From positions 416,001 through 480,000 of the forward strand of contig CBDDDG010000010.1 in NCBI GenBank assembly GCA_965226555.1: 64,000 nt of DNA, given 5' to 3'. The notes under the pieces were generated by a model. That model was not told the origin of the DNA. It saw only the letters and a list, made by a program, of their open reading frames with translations, and searched no databases. Source of the DNA: Salinispira sp. GTDB taxonomy: Bacteria > Spirochaetota > Spirochaetia > DSM-27196 > Salinispiraceae. Shown here piece after piece: positions 18,754 to 30,104 of this stretch. The first letter of the stretch is position 1; every line of letters begins with the position of its first letter. The position numbers and the translations under genes were made by a program.

Positions 18754-20403
18754 ATGAAAAATACAGTGCTTACTACCCCGCTTATTACGTATGTTATTCT
18801 CGTTGCCGCAGTTCTGGTATTGACAGGATGCCCGGAAATTATCGAACCGACTTCGGAAATACGAACATTTTCGGTAATGTCTCAACGAAATAATAATAAC
18901 AGCTCGTATACTATCACTGCGAGTTTACGGGCGCAAAACAATGATGCGATCATTTATGTTGATAAGACAGAGACTGTCGATGATGAAACTCTCAACAGTA
19001 TTCTCGATGAATTTTCTTCCAACATTCTTCCTCTGGTGGAAAATACATTCAACTCCCGCATCACGGATCTTGATGATAATGGAAAAATCATACTGCTCCT
19101 TTTCGACATAGATGATGGATATGAGCAGTCAGATGATGAAGATGATTCCTACATTGCAGGGTATTTCGATCCAAACGATTTCTTCCGCACAAATACAGAT
19201 TCCTCAAACTACGGTGAAATACTGTACATCGACACCGATCCCGGCCTCACAATCGGCGACTTCCATTCGACCATATATTCGACCATAGTACATGAATTAC
19301 AGCATATGATTCAGTTTTCTTCCCGATTGGCAGCCAAACCCACCCTTCCGCTTCAGGAAACATGGATACTTGAAGGCAGCGCAGTTCTTACCGAACATCT
19401 GTACAGAGGCGCGCCCATTACTGAACGTATTCTCTATTATTATCTTAATCCTGATGTTCATCCGGTAGATGGAGGAGGCGGAGGAGATGAAATAGCCAAG
19501 GGCAATAATTTTCTTGTGTGGGGAGACGGTCCGAAACTGCTTGTTGATTATGCATCTGCCTACCTATTCTTCTGGTGGCTCAGTCTCCACGGAGGCGAGG
19601 AGATTCTGCCTGCAATTTCCGCTTCAGATCATGCCGATTATAAGGCCGTTATTGATGCACTACCGGCATCCTCCGGTTTTTCAGGAACTGTCGGCTCATC
19701 AAGACCTTCACAGGATATCTGGGAGCTGTTGCTTGCCCAGTGGTTTACGGCAACCATTGTTCAGAACCCAACAGGACTCCTCGGGTTTAAGGGCTGGCCG
19801 GGTATTCCCTCCGACAACTTGGTAGAATGCACCAACCCGAAAGACCCCACTAATGTCCGTTACTTCTACCCCATAAACGGAATTCTGTCCAGCTCGATCA
19901 CCCTCTACGTTGATAGCATGGGCCAACAGAGATTCTCCGGCGATCCTAACTTGACCAACTTCAATAATTATAAGCTACTGCCCGGCAATCGCCTTGCTGT
20001 TCTGAGCTATATCACCCATAGCGGCGGTACCGGCAGTCCTGCCGTCTATGGTATTGATATTTCTCTGGCATGTACAAATAAGTATGGCAGAGTACTCGGT
20101 ATTGATACGGGCACTAACACACTCGAGGCATCTGAAACCGCAAAAAATCTTCTCATTGTTTTCAATTCTTCCACCAATCCTGACGATAAAACCCCCACCA
20201 GAACCGGAACCTTTACCATACCACAACCGCCGCCTGCTGCAAGCGTGCAGGCGAGCCGATCTGCAGGATCGCAGGGCTTCTCTACCGCGCCGGATTTCTC
20301 TACCGTACAGGGTTTCTCCGTTAGGCAGGTGCCGATCCCGCAGATGCCCGATGACATACCCCCGCTGCCGCGCGGCATATACATTCGGCCACCCAATGAA
20401 TAA
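18754..20403 (+). CDS. Lipoprotein zinc metalloprotease (M30/hyicolysin-like), paralog A
   Basis: GGAGGT RBS; lipobox VLTGC; DLDDNGKIILL, AGYF, HELQH, WILEG. Confidence 0.8.
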   Translation: MKNTVLTTPLITYVILVAAVLVLTGCPEIIEPTSEIRTFSVMSQRNNNNSSYTITASLRAQNNDAIIYVDKTETVDDETLNSILDEFSSNILPLVENTFNSRITDLDDNGKIILLLFDIDDGYEQSDDEDDSYIAGYFDPNDFFRTNTDSSNYGEILYIDTDPGLTIGDFHSTIYSTIVHELQHMIQFSSRLAAKPTLPLQETWILEGSAVLTEHLYRGAPITERILYYYLNPDVHPVDGGGGGDEIAKGNNFLVWGDGPKLLVDYASAYLFFWWLSLHGGEEILPAISASDHADYKAVIDALPASSGFSGTVGSSRPSQDIWELLLAQWFTATIVQNPTGLLGFKGWPGIPSDNLVECTNPKDPTNVRYFYPINGILSSSITLYVDSMGQQRFSGDPNLTNFNNYKLLPGNRLAVLSYITHSGGTGSPAVYGIDISLACTNKYGRVLGIDTGTNTLEASETAKNLLIVFNSSTNPDDKTPTRTGTFTIPQPPPAASVQASRSAGSQGFSTAPDFSTVQGFSVRQVPIPQMPDDIPPLPRGIYIRPPNE

Positions 20404-20830
20404 AAGTACGCATGGCGGAGCGTTGCCCGTTGCCCGTTGCCCGGCGCGCGCGGCGCTCATTCCGGCGGCGTTGCTGCTGTTTCTGTCCATGGGCGGGCGG
20501 GAAATGACCACAGAATATGTATACGGGCAGGCCTTTCCAGCCGCAATACAGCCCAATGAAGCAGTCCCCGAGGCTGTGGAATATGGACTGGTAACCGTGG
20601 AGGGTCACCTAGCTTCTGTTGGGCATGAACCCTTCACGCAGTTGGCTCTGAAGATGGAACGGGAGGAAGATCTCGTGTATTACATTCTCAACGATGGCAT
20701 TGAGCACCTTCGCGGAGAACAGCGCATGATCACCCTTCAGGGAATGCTTTCAATTACCCCGATCTATTTCATCGATAACCGTCTCGCCTTTATTGAATAC
20801 CATCTCAGCGATGTACAAAAACTCCCCTAA
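20396..20830 (+). CDS. Small exported hypothetical protein (144 aa)
   Basis: ATG overlaps the upstream stop; hydrophobic signal-like segment; beta-rich C-terminal domain. Confidence 0.6.
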   Translation: MNKSTHGGALPVARCPARAALIPAALLLFLSMGGREMTTEYVYGQAFPAAIQPNEAVPEAVEYGLVTVEGHLASVGHEPFTQLALKMEREEDLVYYILNDGIEHLRGEQRMITLQGMLSITPIYFIDNRLAFIEYHLSDVQKLP

Positions 20831-20837
20831 GGTTTCT

Positions 20838-22628
20838 ATGATGAAAACACCATTATTTACGGCAGCCCATATTATCGGACTGCTTCTTATTGTTCTGGTA
20901 CTGACGGGTTGTCCCGAGGTAATACCTATGGACGATCCTGAGCCCGATCCCAATCCAATTCCGGCGATTCCCGCAGACACGCGGGAATTCATGGTCTACT
21001 CTTTCGCGAATAAGGAATGGCATTCTATTAACACCATTCTCAGGGCAGAGAGCGATGCCTCCCTCATCTATGTGGAAGAATCGAAGGACATTCCTCAGGA
21101 TATTATTGATGAGATTCTCGATGAATTTTCCGACAACATTCTTCCGCTGGTGGAAGGTATTTTCGGCGCGAGCAGCGATCTTGATAAAAATGGAAAAATC
21201 ATACTGCTCCTTTTCGACATTGATAATGAGTACAACAGTTCTTCCTACATTGCAGGGTATTTTCATCCGAACGATCTCCGCATAATGGAAAATTCAAACC
21301 ACGGCGAAATACTGTATCTCGATACTAACCCGGGACTCAGCCTTCGTTCATTGGAAGACTTCTACTCAACCATTACACATGAACTCCAGCATCTCATCAA
21401 TTTTGCTTCACGAAAGGCATCGAATAAGCCGACACAGGAAACTTGGATAATAGAGGGCAGCGCGGTGCTCACCGAGCATGTGTATCGCAAAGAACCGGTA
21501 ACCCGACGCATTGAATATTATTACCTCTGGGGAGGAGAAGAAATTGCCCGAGGCAACAGTTTTCTCACATGGGGAGACGGTGAACAACCGGTTGTCGATT
21601 ATTCATCATCATATCTCTTTTTTCTGTGGCTCTGGCTTCATGGAGGCGAGAAGATTCTGCCTGCAATTGTTTCTTCGGTGTATAGGGGGTATGAAGCTGT
21701 TATTGATGTAATACCCCGTTCTTCCGGCAGTACCTTCTTTAAGAACCTTGTCGACCCGAAGCAGACCAACGCGAAGAACTGGGAACAGATACTCGCGCAC
21801 TGGTTTGCGGCAACCATTGCCCAGAACCCAGCGGCAGAAAATGATGAGGCAACTGCCGCCGAACTGCTGGGCTTTAAGGGCTGGCCGGGGATCGGCGAGG
21901 AATGGGGAATAGCGTATTTCGGAGGCGGCTCTGCTGATCCCGACAAGTCCGACGACTCCACCGGCATTATCCGCTACCGAATAGACAGAATCCTCATCGA
22001 CCCGAGCGGCCCACCCGCCCCGGACACAGACACAGACAGCATGGATGAGACGAACGAAGAAATGCCCGACTGTCCCGACCCAGAATTTGAAATTGCGCTG
22101 CAGCCCGGGGGGCGCTATGCCGTTATGGCGCAGACAAGCATAGATGAGGACGATACCGATTTTACAACAATTAGCCATACCGACTCGCCCGCAGAGCTTG
22201 CGACCTACGGCATACATGTCGACTGGCCCCCGTACTACTTTTCCGACCCTACCGCCGGTAATTTTCACATTGTCGGCGTTGACACCGGCGATAACCCATT
22301 AATTGAATCACCGACCGCAGCCGACATTCTCATTGTATTCAACAAAGCACCAAGCAGCCTCGTGGTGGGAGCCGTGCCAGCCTGCGCGGGCACCTTCGCC
22401 GCCGCGCAGCCCCCGACGCCCCCGGCGCCAGTGGCGTCAGCGGTGCCGCATCAGCTCATGGAACAACCCGGACACTTCAGAAAAACAGAGCGCTTCGGAC
22501 GGGCAGCAGAGAGCCCGCGCATTCCCTTAGAAGAACTCCCAACCTTCATTGACTTCGCCGGCTTCATTGAACCGGAACCGCCGTTACTGCCGGTTAATCC
22601 ATTCATTGATCTTAGAAATGAGAATTGA
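20838..22628 (+). CDS. Lipoprotein zinc metalloprotease (M30-like), paralog B
   Basis: Lipobox VLTGC; HELQH, WIIEG; N-terminal two thirds similar to paralog A. Confidence 0.8.
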   Translation: MMKTPLFTAAHIIGLLLIVLVLTGCPEVIPMDDPEPDPNPIPAIPADTREFMVYSFANKEWHSINTILRAESDASLIYVEESKDIPQDIIDEILDEFSDNILPLVEGIFGASSDLDKNGKIILLLFDIDNEYNSSSYIAGYFHPNDLRIMENSNHGEILYLDTNPGLSLRSLEDFYSTITHELQHLINFASRKASNKPTQETWIIEGSAVLTEHVYRKEPVTRRIEYYYLWGGEEIARGNSFLTWGDGEQPVVDYSSSYLFFLWLWLHGGEKILPAIVSSVYRGYEAVIDVIPRSSGSTFFKNLVDPKQTNAKNWEQILAHWFAATIAQNPAAENDEATAAELLGFKGWPGIGEEWGIAYFGGGSADPDKSDDSTGIIRYRIDRILIDPSGPPAPDTDTDSMDETNEEMPDCPDPEFEIALQPGGRYAVMAQTSIDEDDTDFTTISHTDSPAELATYGIHVDWPPYYFSDPTAGNFHIVGVDTGDNPLIESPTAADILIVFNKAPSSLVVGAVPACAGTFAAAQPPTPPAPVASAVPHQLMEQPGHFRKTERFGRAAESPRIPLEELPTFIDFAGFIEPEPPLLPVNPFIDLRNEN

Positions 22629-22700
22629 AAGGGACGGGGATCGGCGAGGAATGAGGGCGCGCAGCGGGCATGCGTATGCGAGAGGGCATGAATAGCCCGA

Positions 22701-25484
22701 TTATGTCTGAAGGTCTTCGATATAGGCGCGCATTTTTTCAATTCTGCGGCTGAGGTCTTTGTGCTTTCTCCGCTCCTGTTCAATAATTTCTGCCGATGCT
22801 CCCGAAAGAAAGCCCTTATTGCGCAGTTTCCCTTCGGTCTGTTCAAGCGCAGCAGATTCCTTACGGATAGTCTTTCTGAAACGCTTCAGAACTTCATCCA
22901 CATCTATCATGGAACGAATGTAGACAAATGCTTCATACCCCTTTCCAACAACGGCAACAGCGCCGGCTCTGTCCAGCCCCGCATTGCCCCTTCTCCACTC
23001 AAGATCGGCAGTGCAGAATGTACTAACAACATTCTCTTCACTCTGTATACAGTCCGCCCAGGGGTAATTTTCCTCAAAACACACCGCCACGCGAATTCGG
23101 GAGCGGGAAGAAATGTTGAACTCAGAACGCAGGGTACGTACTGAACGAACAAGCTCCATGAGGTCTTCAAAGCCCTCTTCCGTGAATTCACGCCATTCTT
23201 CCACCACCGGATAGGGCTCTGCCATAAGTACCCGCTGCCCGCTGCCGCCATCGCCTGCGCCGGGCGCTTTCGCAGGGCTGGCTGCTCCATCGCCATCTCT
23301 GGGCGCTACTCCGCCATCGCTGGGTGTTTTGCCGTTACCGCCGCCGGGTAATTTCTGAAATATCTCTTCGGTAATATAGGGAAGAAAGGGGTGCAGGAGT
23401 TTCAGCCCCTCTTCGAGAACATATATGAGCAGGGTATAAATGCGTCTTCGCTCCGAGGCATCCTCGGAATAGAGGCTGAGTTTTGAAATTTCAATGTACC
23501 AGTCGCAGTATTCACTCCAGAAAAATTCATATACGGCCGCAGCAGCAGCATCGAATCGGTACAGGCCAAGGGCGCGGCCGACCTTTTCGGCAACTCTGTT
23601 GAGCCGTTTAAGTATCCAGCGGTCTGCCGCCCGGAGGGCATTGTTCTTCCTGACATTCTCAATGGGCATGGTTTCTTCCGGGTTCATAAGCAGATACCGC
23701 GCCGCATTCCATATCTTGTTGGCAAAGCGGCTGCCCATGGAAAATTTCTCCTTATCGAGAAGAATATCCTGCCCCTGAGTACAGAGATAGGCCAGCGTGA
23801 AGCGCAGGGCATCGGCGCCGTATTCATCCACAATCTCCAGAGGATCGAAACCATTCCCAAGACTCTTGGACATCTTTCGTCCCTTCTTATCTCTCACAAG
23901 ACCGGTAATATAAATATCTCTGAAGGGCGCCTTCCCCGTAAACTCCATGCTCGCCATAACCATGCGGGCAATCCAGAAAAAGATAATATCGTACCCGCTC
24001 ACGAGGGCAGTGGTTGGAAAAAAATCTTTCATGTCATTGGTATCTTCCGGCCAGCCCATAACCGAAAAGGGCCACAACCAGCTCGAAAACCATGTGTCCA
24101 ATACATCTTCGTCCTGAACAAAGGAACGCCCGGCATACTCGCTTTGCTGGGAGGGGTCCGACTCGGACACAAGCATTTCACCGCTCTCCCTGTCGTACCA
24201 GGCAGGAATACGGTGCCCCCACCACAGCTGACGGCTTATACACCAATCTCGAATGTTCTCAAGCCATGCCCGGTAGGTATTTTCCCATTTTCGGGGAAAA
24301 AAGCGAATGTCGCCATGCTCCAGCGCGCGCAGTGCCTTTTCGGCAAGGGGTTTCATTTTCACAAACCACTGCGTGCTCAAATAGGGTTCAATAACGGTAT
24401 TACTCCGGTAACAATGCCCCACGGGGTGCCTATGCGCAGCCTTTTCCACGAGAAGTCCCCGTTCTTCAAGGTCATTCACCACCGCAGTACGGGCGGCGCG
24501 CATGGTCAGTCCCCGATACTTTTCGGGCACATGCTCATTCAGGGTGCCATCGGGGTTCATAATATTAATTTCCGCAAGCTCATGCCGCTTACCCATATGA
24601 TAATCGTTGAGATCATGAGCGGGAGTAATTTTCACGCAGCCCGTTCCAAATTCAGGATCAACATATTCATCGGCAACAATCGGAACAATGCGGCCGGAGA
24701 GCGGCAGCTGTATTGTTTTCCCAATGAATTCGGTATAGCGCGCATCCGTGGGGTGTACGGCAACTGCGGTATCTCCCAGCATGGTTTCGGGGCGGGTTGT
24801 CGCAATTTCCAGCATTCCGCTCCCATCTTCCAGAGGATAATTGATGTGGTACAGAAAGCCATTGACGTCTTTGAATTCAACCTCGTCATCGCTTACGGCC
24901 GACTGCACGCCAACGCTCCAGTTTACGAGATAACTCCCCTTGTACACGAGCCCCCGGCGATAGAGCTCAATAAACACCTTCCGCACCGCAGCGCTCAGTC
25001 CCTCATCAAGAGTAAAGCGCTCACGGGTCCAGTCGCAGGATGCGCCGATTTTCCTGAGCTGGTCAGTAATGACCGCATGGTGCTCCTCCTTGACCTTCCA
25101 AACCCGTTTAACAAAGGACTCCCTTCCCATCGATTCTTTCCTGAGCCCCTCTTCCCGCAATTTTTTTTCAACAAGATGTTGGGTAGCAATGCCTGCATGG
25201 TCGGTTCCGGGAACCCACAGGGTTGGAACTCCCGTCATACGATGATAGCGGATGAGAATATCCTGAAGGCTGTTGTTCAGACCATGACCAATGTGGAGCA
25301 CTCCTGTAACATTGGGCGGAGGAATAACAATAACAAAGGGAAGCTCGCCGGCGCGGGCGTCCTTGCCCATCCTCTTGCGGGGCGCGCTGGACGCGCGGGG
25401 AGAGAAATGGCCGCTGTTCAGCCAGAGCTCATACATTGCGTCTTCGAATTCTTTTGGATTATAGGATCTGCTTAAGGTCGTCAT
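22701..25484 (-). CDS. valS: Valine-tRNA ligase
   Basis: PPPNVTGVLHIGH, DHAGIATQ, DWCISRQLWWGH, KMSKS, C-terminal coiled coil. Confidence 0.97.
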   Translation of the reverse strand: MTTLSRSYNPKEFEDAMYELWLNSGHFSPRASSAPRKRMGKDARAGELPFVIVIPPPNVTGVLHIGHGLNNSLQDILIRYHRMTGVPTLWVPGTDHAGIATQHLVEKKLREEGLRKESMGRESFVKRVWKVKEEHHAVITDQLRKIGASCDWTRERFTLDEGLSAAVRKVFIELYRRGLVYKGSYLVNWSVGVQSAVSDDEVEFKDVNGFLYHINYPLEDGSGMLEIATTRPETMLGDTAVAVHPTDARYTEFIGKTIQLPLSGRIVPIVADEYVDPEFGTGCVKITPAHDLNDYHMGKRHELAEINIMNPDGTLNEHVPEKYRGLTMRAARTAVVNDLEERGLLVEKAAHRHPVGHCYRSNTVIEPYLSTQWFVKMKPLAEKALRALEHGDIRFFPRKWENTYRAWLENIRDWCISRQLWWGHRIPAWYDRESGEMLVSESDPSQQSEYAGRSFVQDEDVLDTWFSSWLWPFSVMGWPEDTNDMKDFFPTTALVSGYDIIFFWIARMVMASMEFTGKAPFRDIYITGLVRDKKGRKMSKSLGNGFDPLEIVDEYGADALRFTLAYLCTQGQDILLDKEKFSMGSRFANKIWNAARYLLMNPEETMPIENVRKNNALRAADRWILKRLNRVAEKVGRALGLYRFDAAAAAVYEFFWSEYCDWYIEISKLSLYSEDASERRRIYTLLIYVLEEGLKLLHPFLPYITEEIFQKLPGGGNGKTPSDGGVAPRDGDGAASPAKAPGAGDGGSGQRVLMAEPYPVVEEWREFTEEGFEDLMELVRSVRTLRSEFNISSRSRIRVAVCFEENYPWADCIQSEENVVSTFCTADLEWRRGNAGLDRAGAVAVVGKGYEAFVYIRSMIDVDEVLKRFRKTIRKESAALEQTEGKLRNKGFLSGASAEIIEQERRKHKDLSRRIEKMRAYIEDLQT

Positions 25485-25498
25485 TGTACTTATTGGCG

Positions 25499-26731
25499 CT
25501 AATTCCCTGCCCGCTCCCTGTTACGGGAAATACGCTGCATTTTACGATAGTATTCTGCCTGCTTCTGTATTTCATCAACATCCGAGCAGGATAGTTTATT
25601 GTCCATGACCTGCAGGCACTTATTGGAAAGCATTTCCGAAATAGCCTGATGGCCTTCCTGCTGACTGAGTCCAACCATCTGAATAAGTTCCTGAGTTCCA
25701 AAATTAAAGGTATACCCTTCTTTACGGGATATATTCACCCTGTTTTTCTCAAGCTGTATAAGAAGGGCATCGTAGAGTTTTCCCACAGGATTATCGAGGA
25801 GGGTATTTGCCAGCTGCTTGTAGATAAACCACATGCGTTCCGACATAAGGGTTGTTATTCTGCTGATAATTTGGGGTTGGGTCCGAACCATTGTCTGAAA
25901 ATTTCTCCGGTTTACCGCCAGAAGAACGGAATTTTCAAAAGATATGGCAGATGCCGAGCGGGGCTTGTTTTCGAGCAGGCTCATTTCTCCAAAAATATCT
26001 CCCGGCTTGAGCATCGCCAGAAGCACCTCATTATTGTTCATAATCTTTGTAATCTTCACCTGCCCGCTCTGGATAACATACAGCTGGCGTCCGGGCATTG
26101 TTTCTGTGAAGATCATGGTATCCTTGGGATAGGACCGTGTAAACTCTGCGGTTTCTTCATCGAGATAGACAGCCTGCTGGTAGGGCTGTATTTTTCCCAT
26201 GTTTCTTTCGGCATCGGATCGGTTCGCGCCATTGGGACAAAAGCGAAGGTACTGATAATAGGAAAAATAGGCCTGATTATATTCATTCCGCTTTGAGTAA
26301 TACTCTGCCACATAAAAAATATGCTCGGCTCCCGTCTGGCCATCATCGCCGGACTGCTGGGTGAGTCGGGTGAGCGATTCATCTAAGTAGCGCATTCGCC
26401 GGGAAAACGATTCAATTATTTTCATTGCCACAGAGGTATTGTTTTCAATGAGGAGACCATAGTGTTCGCGTTTTATTGATATGAGGGAAACATCGGTTAC
26501 CGCCTGCGCTGTCTCAATGTGGCTGTGCCCGCTCATCGTGGAAACAATACCGAAGAAATCGCCGGCACTGAGTAAGCTTTCTCCTTCCTCGGTTACTACC
26601 TCAATTTCCTTACTCAGCCGAATTTTTCCGGTTCGTATAATAAAAAACTTGTCGGCATGCTGCTTACCTTCAACAGTAATGTATGCGCCCTTCTTAAAGG
26701 ATATTACCGATAACCGAATTGCTGGGGCCAT
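25499..26731 (-). CDS. Crp/Fnr-family protein with two cyclic-nucleotide-binding domains
   Basis: GDFFG and GDIFGEMSLLENKPRSASA; central TPR-like segment; C-terminal HTH. Confidence 0.85.
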   Translation of the reverse strand: MAPAIRLSVISFKKGAYITVEGKQHADKFFIIRTGKIRLSKEIEVVTEEGESLLSAGDFFGIVSTMSGHSHIETAQAVTDVSLISIKREHYGLLIENNTSVAMKIIESFSRRMRYLDESLTRLTQQSGDDGQTGAEHIFYVAEYYSKRNEYNQAYFSYYQYLRFCPNGANRSDAERNMGKIQPYQQAVYLDEETAEFTRSYPKDTMIFTETMPGRQLYVIQSGQVKITKIMNNNEVLLAMLKPGDIFGEMSLLENKPRSASAISFENSVLLAVNRRNFQTMVRTQPQIISRITTLMSERMWFIYKQLANTLLDNPVGKLYDALLIQLEKNRVNISRKEGYTFNFGTQELIQMVGLSQQEGHQAISEMLSNKCLQVMDNKLSCSDVDEIQKQAEYYRKMQRISRNRERAGN

Positions 26732-28092
26732 TATACGTAAAACTCCCTACTCACTTCATGCCGGGGAAATGATCTCGTGAACTCGTAAACCTCTCCGGCA
26801 ATGCGTGTAATTGTATTCTGATCGTTCCCGTTTCTGAGGGCTCTCACAATAAAATCGGCAATTTGTTTCATATGGGGCTCTTTCATACCGCGGGTTGTTA
26901 CTGCGGGAGTTCCAATGCGGATACCGCTGGTTACGAAGGGGCTCTTGGTATCGTAGGGGATGACATTCTTGTTCACGGTGATATTGGCCTGATCAAGTAT
27001 GGCCTCGGCATTCTTTCCTGTCATATCAAGATCACTCAGGTCCAGAAGCATGAGATGATTATCTGTTCCCCCCGAAACAAGCCGCATTCCATGGTCTTCA
27101 AAACAGGATGCAAGGCAGGAAGCATTTTTGAGAACCTGCTTCTGGTATTGCGCAAATACGGGACTGAGCGCCTCAGCGCATGCCGCAGCCTTTGCCGCAA
27201 TGATGTGCATGAGGGGTCCGCCCTGCAAACCCGGCATTACCGCTGAATCGATAAGTTCGCCCCATTTTTTTGTTTTTCCCCCCACCGTATGCACTCCCAG
27301 GGTATTTTCACCATCGGTTCCGATGAGTATGAGCCCGCCCCGAGGTCCCCTGAGTGTTTTATGGGTGGTTGTGGTAACAAAATGAGCATGCGGAAGCGGA
27401 CTGGGATGAAGACCAACAGCGACAAGCCCTGCAATGTGGGCAATGTCTGCCATAAAAAATGCTCCCACTGAATCGGCTATGTGCCGAAAACGCTCAAAAT
27501 CGATAATCCGCGAATAGGAGGATGCTCCAGCTATAATAAGTTTCGGCTTATGTTCTCTGGCAATTTTCTCCACCGCATCGTAGTCGATGCGCTCACTCTC
27601 CCGGGAAACGCCATAACTCAGCGCATTGTAAAATTTTCCCGAAAAATTGACGCTCAGGCCATGGGTGAGATGCCCGCCCTGCGCAAGATCCATTCCCAAA
27701 ATGGTATCTCCATGATTCAGAAGCGTGAAATACACCGCCATGTTCGCATTACTGCCCGAATGCGGCTGAACATTTACATAATCGGCTTTGAAGAGTTTCT
27801 TTGCACGTTCCCGCGCCAAATTCTCAATCATATCCACATATTCACAGCCGCCGTAATACCGCTTACCGGGATACCCCTCTGCGTACTTATCGGTAAGGAC
27901 AGTGCCGGCTACTTCCAAAACTGTTTCAGAAGCAAAATTTTCACTGGCAATGAGCTCAATTTTTTGCATCTGCCGATTTTCTTCTTTAATAATATAGCCA
28001 TAGAGCTCGGGATCCGATACCCGGACACGAGTATAGGGATCATTTCTCTGTTCTTTTGTACGAGTACTCCGAAAACTTCTCCGATTATACAT
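26731..28092 (-). CDS. glyA: Serine hydroxymethyltransferase
   Basis: [32 protein letters not shown]. Confidence 0.97.
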   Translation of the reverse strand: MYNRRSFRSTRTKEQRNDPYTRVRVSDPELYGYIIKEENRQMQKIELIASENFASETVLEVAGTVLTDKYAEGYPGKRYYGGCEYVDMIENLARERAKKLFKADYVNVQPHSGSNANMAVYFTLLNHGDTILGMDLAQGGHLTHGLSVNFSGKFYNALSYGVSRESERIDYDAVEKIAREHKPKLIIAGASSYSRIIDFERFRHIADSVGAFFMADIAHIAGLVAVGLHPSPLPHAHFVTTTTHKTLRGPRGGLILIGTDGENTLGVHTVGGKTKKWGELIDSAVMPGLQGGPLMHIIAAKAAACAEALSPVFAQYQKQVLKNASCLASCFEDHGMRLVSGGTDNHLMLLDLSDLDMTGKNAEAILDQANITVNKNVIPYDTKSPFVTSGIRIGTPAVTTRGMKEPHMKQIADFIVRALRNGNDQNTITRIAGEVYEFTRSFPRHEVSREFYV

Positions 28093-28110
28093 TGACCACC
28101 CTCTGAAGGA

Positions 28111-28139
28111 ATAATAATTCAGAATATATTGATTGTCAA
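28111..28139 (-). promoter_or_regulatory. Sigma70 promoter of glyA-crp-valS
   Basis: TTGACA-N17-TATTAT. Confidence 0.65.
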
Positions 28140-28265
28140 TAAAGGGGCTTGTGGATTTATGGGATTTTAACGGCGCACGCGCATGAAGCGCGCAACGCCG
28201 GGCAGCCCCACGGGCTCCCGAAATGCAATATTTTCACAGCTCCCTACTGATTACTCCCTCAGGAG

Positions 28266-28317
28266 CGGAAGCAGCATTTCCATGCGAACTGTAAAATGAT
28301 CGCTGGAGGTTCCATTC
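28266..28317 (-). repeat. About 50-bp fragment of Rpn coding sequence
   Basis: CGGAAGCAGCATTTCCATGCGAACTGTAAAATG...GGAGGTTCCATTC matches about 14112-14163 and 15661-15712. Confidence 0.8.
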
Positions 28318-28402
28318 ACCCTTATTTTCTCTTACGGCTTGACTCCTCTCTCACATTCCACTACAACTAAAGAAGTTCATTCTTTGCCTCCCGGAGATTA
28401 CC

Positions 28403-30084
28403 GTGATTACCATAACAGACCTGTCTCTTACTTTCGGCAGCAAGCCCTTGTTTAAAGAGGTTAACCTGAAATTCACCCCCGGAAACTGCTACGGCATTAT
28501 CGGAGCAAACGGCGCCGGAAAATCGACCTTCCTGAAAATTCTCAGTGGAGAAATTGATAATTACAGCGGTGAGCTGAGTATCGTGAAACGGGCGCGTATT
28601 TCGGTATTGAAGCAGGATCAATTCGCCTATGATGAACATTCAGTTATGAACACCGTTATCATGGGAATCCTGAACTCTATGAGATAATGATTGAGCGGGA
28701 AAGACTCTACGCGAAAGAGGACATGACCGAAGAAGAAGGCATGCAGGTTGCGGAACTGGAGGGTACCTTCGGAGAGATGGGCGGCTACGAGGCAGAATCG
28801 GAGGCGGGCATTCTCCTTTCCGGTCTGGGTATCGACACCGATGTGCATGAGGTACCGATGGCAGACCTTGAGGGTCCGCAGAAATTTCGGGTGCTTCTCG
28901 CGCAATCGCTCTTCGGAAACCCGGACATCCTCCTGCTTGATGAGCCGACAAATCACCTTGACCTTGAATCGATTAACTGGCTTGAAGAATTTCTCGGTAA
29001 GTTTGAAAACACCGTTATTGTTGTGAGCCATGACCGGCATTTTTTGAACAAGGTCTGTACCCATGTCTGCGACATCGACTTTGCCCGGATACGGATGTAC
29101 CTCGGCAACTACGATTTCTGGTATCAGGCAAGTCAGCTCATTGCGCGGCAGAAAAAAGACGAGAAGCGCCGCGCCGAAGACAAGGCAGCCGAATTACGGG
29201 AATTCATACAGCGGTTCAGCTCCAACGCAAGCAAGGCCCGGCAGGCAACCAGCCGAAAGAAAATTCTGGAAAAACTCAACCTCGATAACCTGCCTTCAAG
29301 CAGCCGGCGCTTCCCCTATGTTGCCTTTCAGCCTGAAAGAACCTGCGGCAAAGAAGTGCTCCACATCAGAAACCTGAGCGCGGACAGCGGCGCTCGCGCG
29401 GGCGCAGCACACGCAGGCGGCGCGAACACAGCCGCGCAGGCACCGGCGCTTTTCAGCGGTCTGAACCTGTCGGTCAACCGCGGCGACAAAATTGCGCTTA
29501 TCGGCCCCCTGAGTCAGCACAAGCAGATACTCTTTTCCCTGCTCTCAGGCGATCTGCCGTCAGACAGCGGCGAAATCGAATGGGGGAGCACCATCAACAC
29601 AGCCTATCTGCCCTCCGACAGCAGCTCCTATTTCACCGGAAAGGAAAGCATTATTGAGTGGCTGCAGCAGTTCAAACCCGAAGAGGACGAGACCGCCCTG
29701 CGGAGTTTCCTCGGACGCATGCTGTTCTCAGGCGAGGATGGCATCAAACCCGTCAATGTTCTCTCGGGGGGTGAACGTGTCCGCTGTATGCTCAGCCGTA
29801 TGATGCTCTCCGGCGCCAACGTTCTGCTGCTCAATGAACCAACCAACCATCTGGATCTTGAGAGTATCACCAGTCTGAATAACGCTCTCATAAAATTCGG
29901 TGAAGTCATTATTTTTAATTCTCATGACCACGAATTTATCTCATCCATTGCTAACCGCATCATCGAATTCACTCCCGCGGGAATCATCGACCGTTCAATG
30001 CCCTTTGAGAATTATCTGGCAGATAAAAATGTCGGCGAACTCCGCGACAGCATGTGGCACGGACATCAGCGGATAAGTATTTAG
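28403..30084 (+). CDS. ABC-F family ATPase (YbiT/YkpA-like), frameshifted near 28665
   Basis: GANGAGKST, LLLDEPTNHLD, VSHDRHFL, LSGGE; one missing base would restore MG[H/N]PELYEIMIERE. Confidence 0.88.
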
Positions 30085-30104
30085 CATTGGGGTAATATGA
30101 GAAA

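Noticed and set aside
24144..25475. Long antisense ORFs (443 aa here; also 7507-8433, 8656-9606, 50352-51149)
   Set aside because: They are shadows of valS, ileS and gpmA with no recognisable motifs.
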